Position numbers and translations under genes: made by a program
Part shown: piece by piece, positions 45,401-64,000 of the stretch
Numbering within the stretch: the stretch's first letter is position 1
Layout: each line of letters begins with the position of its first letter
Notes under the pieces: model-generated
The model's input: only the letters and a program-made list of their open reading frames with translations
What the model was told of the DNA's origin: nothing
The model's database searches: none
Assembly (NCBI GenBank): GCA_013239625.1
Contig: MU054338.1
Span: 1,862,001-1,926,000 of the forward strand
Direction: 5' to 3'
Source: Lama guanicoe
Lineage: Eukaryota
Length of the DNA: 64,000 bases

Positions 45401-48400
45401 GCCACGAGGTCCTCCGACTGGCTCCAACAGCCCCCTGGCATGGACGACGAGGCCGACCTCGACCTAGATGTGCGGCTGTCCTGGGACTCGGAGCCCCGCT
45501 TGTGGCAGGATGTTCTGACTGAGGAACTCTGGCGGACCTTTGCTGGGACCCAGGAGAAGGAGAAACGCCTGGGCCTCAGGAGTGAGTCTCCCTGCGGGCG
45601 AGGGGAGGAGGGGCTCGGGCCACACGGGGGGGCGGCCAGGGCTAAACTTGGATGCCCTGCCATCTCCCACTCTGTCCTCTCCTCCCTCCCGTTGGCATAG
45701 CGACAGACCAGGCGCCAGGGCTGGTAAGTAACTGGAATCCTCAGTACCCAGAGGGGTGAGCTGCTGGGCTGGGTGTCGTCCGGCCTGTCTCCCAGGCTGG
45801 GACGCGTGGGTTCCTGTGGGATGGGCCCACCTCCTCCACCTCAGCCCTTGGATACCCTCAGAGGACTCCGGATTGTGCCAGAGCCTGTCCGCAGCTCTGC
45901 CTGGACGGGAGGATGGACTTCAGACCATTGGAGAGTCCCAACCACACTGTCTGGACCCTCCTAACGTGTTCTGGTTCTAAGACTGACCCTGGACAGGTCC
46001 TTTGGTCTGAACCAATCTCCCTAACTCCCGCGGGCAGGAAAGCCAGAACCCAGGACCACGACGCCTGGGAGTGGAAGTACTTAACGAGGACACTCTGGGT
46101 AATCCTGATGTGGGGAGGGCAGCCTGCCCCAGGAGCAGGGGGATGCCTGCCTCTGATCCACTCGTGTCTCTGCCCAGTTCTCAGCCTACCTAAGCCCTCC
46201 CCCAGCAGCTGTGAGGGCTCCAGAGAAGAGAGCACAGGACGGGGCGCTGTAGCCCAGGGGGTGTCCTCCCACGCGGCTCGGGTGAGACCCGGCACCCCAT
46301 GTGGAGGCGGGGGGGGGCGGCTTGGGGCCGGAGGAGGATGTGGCTTAGCTGTGATCTCATCTGCCTGCAGGAGGCTGCCGGGAGAGCGGATCAATTTCTG
46401 AAGCCCATGTAAGTTTCTGCACTGCCCCTCCTCCCTGTGGAGTGTGGGTACCTCTGTGCCCGGCAGGAAATGGGGATCGGAGGTGTAGGTGTGTCTTCCT
46501 TCTTCCCTATCACCAAGGTGCTGTCCTCAGTAACTGCAGCTTGAGGGGTCTGGGTAGAGAAGTGTGACTCAAGTTATAATTACACCAGCATCACTGCCCC
46601 TCCCCACATAACCAGCTTTGAGTTCAAGGGCTTTGGGGAAGGAACTCCCATGGAGTGGGAAGGGAGGGGGGCTGTGTCAGAGCTGGATGCAGGCACTCCC
46701 AACCTTGTGGTCTGAGGCTCGGGGAGCCCAGACTGGGGAGAAGGTTTCCTGGAGGAAGGGGCATAATTGTTAGGACCTTGAAGGATGAGTAGGAGTTTGC
46801 TGGGATAGGGCAAAGCATTCCAGGCAGAAGGGAGCAGTGTTTGGTTATGGGAGAAGGGGAATACTTGGAGGGGTGTGGATAGGACCTTAGGGAAGTATGG
46901 AGGAACCCCCAAATCTGAAAAAGAACCAAGCCCTTGTGGGGCTTGGTAGGTGACCCCCTCTGGGTAGAGAGGCTTGCAGGCAGGCTGGTGACCCTGGGGC
47001 TCCTCCTCCCAAGATGCTGGGATCCTGAGGACTTTGAAAGCACGAGTAATAGGCCTGATGCCTTGCCCTGGCAACCCAAGAAGCTGGCCGTCCCACACCA
47101 AGTGGAGAAGAAGCGGAGGCTAGAACACGGGGATCCTGTGCTGGCCACGGCTGTCAGCAGCTTCACACGGCACGCCTTCACCTGTGGTAGGGGTGGCGTG
47201 AAGGTGTGGAGCCTGGTCAAGCAGGTGGTGGTGGCCTGGTATCCGGAGTGCTACCTGCCTGTACAGGTGAGGGTGGGGCTGGTGGGGGGCAGGACTTGTG
47301 GGCACCAGGAGAGCCTCTCTCAGGAGAGGAAGCTCACCCGAGGCTCCGCTCACCCCAGATTCCTGGGGCCTACCTGCGCACCTGCCTGCTGTTCTCAAAT
47401 AGCACAGCCCTGCTGACGGGCGGCCACAACCTGGCCAGCGTGAGCCTGTGGGACCTGATGGCGCCTTCCCTGTACGTGAGAGCGGAGCTGCCCTGTGCGG
47501 GCCTCAGCTGCCAGGCCTTGGCTGCCAGCCCCGAGGACTGCCTGGCTTTTGCCGGCTTTACCAATGGCACCGTCAGGATCTGGGACCTGCGGAACCAGAG
47601 CGTGGTCAGGTGTGGCCTGGGGGTGGACAGGGTCATCCTGAGATCCCCTTCCCACTTTGACCCCTGAGCTGGGACCCAGCAGTCTCCAGCACAAAGCCCC
47701 TTTCCTCTGGGAACTCGCATTTGAGAGTTGAAGACCCGGGTTCAAATCTTGTCTGGGCTGTTTCCTCCAAGCCTGGTCATGGTACTTTTTGTCTGCCTCA
47801 GTTTTCCCATCTGTCATGTGGGTGTGACAGGCAGGTGGTGTCCCCAGAGTCTCAGCCCCGACCCCCCGCCCACCTCATGATGCCCTTTCCTGGCCAGGGA
47901 CCTGCCGGGGCACTTGAACGGAGCCAAGAGCATCGCTGTCAAAGACCAGAACATCTGGACGGGGGGTCTGGACGCCTGCCTGCGGTGCTGGGACCTGAGG
48001 ACCACCAGGGAGCCCCAGGAATACCCGTTTGAGGCTCAGGTGCGCAGGTGGAATGGGGCCTGCTCAGCCAGGAAGCGGCTGGGCTTGGATAGAGGAGGTG
48101 GGCGCTTCAGGGAAGGGTAGGAGGGAGCTGTGCCCCAAGTCTTAGTGATGCTGTAAAGGGAGGGACGTCCTCCCCGATCAGCTGTGTCCTCCTCGGATGA
48201 TTTTGTGCTCTGTGTCGGGCATTCCTGTTCTTCTTCAGTCTCTGTGATAATCTCATCACATAGAGAGGACCACACTCATTTTGCAGATGAGCCAACCAAG
48301 GCCAAGAGGTGTAAAGTTGCTTGTTGGGGCCTGGCAGCCAGGAGCTGGGTGGGCAGTCAGCCCCCAGGGTGGGTGCCTGCGCTCCTGCCGCCTTTTGGGC

Positions 48401-49198
48401 CAAATGGGACTTGATCAGCTTTCTCCCTGCTGCCTGTTCCCCAGATAATGAGCCTGTCCCCAAGCCCCAAGGAGGACTGGGTGCTGGTGGGCACAGCCAA
48501 TGGCCGGCAGTGGCTGCAGCCCACTCGGGGGGGCCAGAAGCGCATGGTGGGACGTAAGGATGGCACCATCCTTGGCCTGAAGTTCTCTCCACTTGGTGAG
48601 TGGCCAGGAGGGGGCAGGGGGAGTCCCCAGTGGTCCCCAGCCTCCCACAGTGCCCTGCATCACTCAGACGGACTCCACCCAGCCCTTTCTGACCCTTCCT
48701 GACCCCCCCCCGTGCCCTCATCAGCAGGAGCCACCCTCAGTGATACTCCCCACAGGGCCATGAGGGATGTGGGGTTCCCTGCTCCCCAGGGGTCTGGCCC
48801 TTAGCTGCCAGCTTCCCTGTGACCGGGTTCCCTCTGACTCCTCCCAGGCCATTGGTGGGTGAGTGTGGGGACAGACGGCCTGGTCAGCATCTACAGCATG
48901 CCCACAGGGACCTCGGTGGTCCAGGTATGGGGGTGGGGCCGGTGGGCGGTCGGTGCTCGTGTGTCCTGGGCGCTTAGGGGCTGAGCCCAGGGGTCCAGAT
49001 GCGAGGGCACAAGAGGGACTATGTTTGAACTGATGGGCAGGTGTTAAGGGCAAGGACGGATGAGCCCCCTTGCTCTGCTCCCAACCCCCCCAGGTACCCG
49101 AGACGTCCTCCATCACGTGCTGTGATGTGTCCGCCAGCAACCACCTGATGGTCACGGGGTTCAGGGACCACGCTGTGGTGTATCAGATCGCGTACTGA
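39463..49198 (+). CDS. TLE6: TLE family member 6 (WD40; subcortical maternal complex), ~613 aa
   Basis: Exons 39463-39543, 40062-40150, 40565-40610, 41668-41709, 45119-45175 (acceptor uncertain), 45260-45581, 45701-45723, 46038-46098, 46178-46281, 46371-46408, 47014-47266, 47359-47609, 47898-48039, 48445-48595, 48848-48924 and 49094-49198; phases consistent. Peptides [27 protein letters not shown] and VVYQIAY* match TLE6. The start codon choice is inferred. Confidence 0.9.
42396..43170 (+). mobile_element. L2 fragments in TLE6 introns (also ~41200-41440 and ~41780-41890)
   Basis: ttattcattcaacagatatttat start and ccaggcagagggcacgactcgtgcaaagtccctgaggcagga motifs typical of L2. Confidence 0.6.
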
Positions 49199-49252
49199 GG
49201 GCACGCCACGGGCTGGGTGGGCACGGCTGGGCCTGTGATCTTGGTCACGTGT

Positions 49253-49258
49253 AATAAA
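49253..49258 (+). terminator. TLE6: TLE6 polyadenylation signal AATAAA
   Basis: 55 nt after the stop codon. Confidence 0.75.
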
Positions 49259-50878
49259 GCAATTGGAAAAAGCTGACTGGGTGCTACGTCCTGCCCCTTG
49301 TCCCCTGGCCATCTCGTGGGGATTTGGAAGGACTTTGTCCAGCCTGGGACTTTGAGCCTTTCGAGTCCACATCCCCTGAGAATTTGATCAGAGCCACTGA
49401 CCCCCCCCACCCCTAATCAGGGCAGGTGGACACAGAGACCTTCTTTCTTCCCGTGCCACAGCCCCTCTCCCCGTGTCCTGGAGGGCCATTTCCCAGCCAC
49501 TGCCTGTGCCGTCCCAGGCATACAGTCCTCCGTCCTTCTCGAGATGCCTGGGTCCTGTTAGACCGGTGCTTCTCCCCCAGGGTGAGTCTAACCCCCAGGG
49601 GACACTGGGCCATGTCTGGGGACAAACGTGGCCATCACAGCCAGGAGTGCTCCTGGCATCAGGCGGGTGGGGGCCCAGGACGCCCCGAAGAGAGAGTTAC
49701 GCTACAGCCCCAACACCAGCTGTGCCGCGGGGGGGGCGACTAGCTTACAGCAGGGGCCCTTGCGGGCCAGCGCCCTGCCCCTCCCCGTGGGGCCCACGTG
49801 CTCACCGCATCCCAGAGAGCACCAGTGGGTCTGGTTTCCATCACGGGAGAGTTGTCCTGCCTCCATCCACTGCCTTCAGAAACCTCTGGGCCTGACTGTT
49901 TCCAGCAGGGACCCTGCCCCCCTACCACCCGCTCCAGAAACTTCCCAGAGCTCTGGTTCACCCCCAAGCCCCCTCCAACCCATAGTCCTCGTGGCAGCCC
50001 ACGTGAGCTTCCAGAACCCGGATCTGATGGCTTCACCTCCCCCACAGACCCCTCCCCAAATTGGGTTCACAATGCCATGGGCATTCTCTGCTTCAGCCTG
50101 AGCTGGAGTTGAGGAATACCCCTTCCCTCCCACCCCCAAACTTCCTGGTTTCCACCAGCACAAACTCCTCACCTCTGAGCCTTTGCACATGCTGTTGCCT
50201 CTGTTCCTAGCACACCCTTCCATGACTCTTCTGAACAGCTCTTCTCTTAGCTCCCACCTCCTCTGGGACTGTGACCTCTGCTTGTTACCTGACAGTGGGC
50301 CAAGCATCATGTACCAAGCTCTGAGGACTTCTCACTGGGTCTCAAAGGAAACATGAATGCACCCCAAATAGCTTTGTGCTCCATCATATCCCACCCCCCA
50401 CTTTGTGTGGGCAGCATCTTGGGATGACTCTGTCCAAAGAGCAGGCAGTAAAGCTTTTGGGACAGGGCTGTAAAAGCTGTCTATGACTCACTGTCCCTGC
50501 TATGTTGGCCCCAGAAGCTACACTTTGATGTGAAAGCTTCCACCATCCTGGAGCCTAAGCACCTACTTGGGGTCGAGTACCTCCTGCCACACTGATGTGA
50601 GTGAGAAATAAATGTCTATTGTTTCAGCCAAGATCTGGGGGGCCATTTGTTACACGGCACAGCAGAAACCACACAGCCCAATACAACAGCCATTTCTTGT
50701 GGTCCACCCTGCAGTATTTCATGCAGAATGAATTCCCTCAGTGTCCAGATAAGTAAGGAAAAAGAGGCTGAGAGAAAGAGAGCCACTGACCCACAGCCCC
50801 AGCACCAGAAAGTGATCTTCCCTCATAACGATACCTAGCTCCCTAGGCCAAGACAGAAAGGCAGTTGTGATAAATACA

Positions 50879-50884
50879 TTTATT
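50879..50884 (-). terminator. TLE2: TLE2 polyadenylation signal AATAAA
   Basis: tttatt on +, ~135 nt past the TLE2 stop. Confidence 0.75.
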
Positions 50885-51019
50885 TCCCCACAGTCCCCCT
50901 GAGCATCCGGCCCACATCCAGCAGGGGAGGATGAGACTGAGTGCTCACGGTACCACAGGCCAGGAGGCCCCTCGTGCTCGTCCCCCCAGAGTTGGGCTGG
51001 GGGTGAGGAAGAGGGGGTC

Positions 51020-64000
<12,981 letters not shown>

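Noticed and set aside
45796..45964. Candidate TLE6 exon containing GSC
   Set aside because: Wrong phase; 46038-46098 matches the expected peptide and phase better.

Overview
Mammalian genomic DNA, most likely camelid (several Vic-1-type tRNA-derived SINEs), syntenic with human 19p13.3. It holds three protein-coding genes: a complete ZNF77-like KRAB-C2H2 gene on + (4 exons, 478 aa, 8 intact fingers), a complete TLE6 on + and the 3' part of TLE2 on -, with TLE6 and TLE2 tail-to-tail. The rest is mostly L1, L2, ERV/LTR and DNA-transposon remnants, including a decayed ERV env. The most unusual structure is an old inverted duplication (~1.5-5.7 kb vs ~21.0-24.2 kb) that brackets the ZNF gene. Its flanks are clearly diverged, but a 1.17-kb CpG-island promoter/exon-1 core is almost identical between arms (2302-3477 vs 22666-23839), which suggests gene conversion and a potentially invertible ~19-kb gene cassette. 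Inside it is a complex templated-insertion junction at the 5' end of an L1. All alignments were done by eye, and human comparisons are from memory and need checking.
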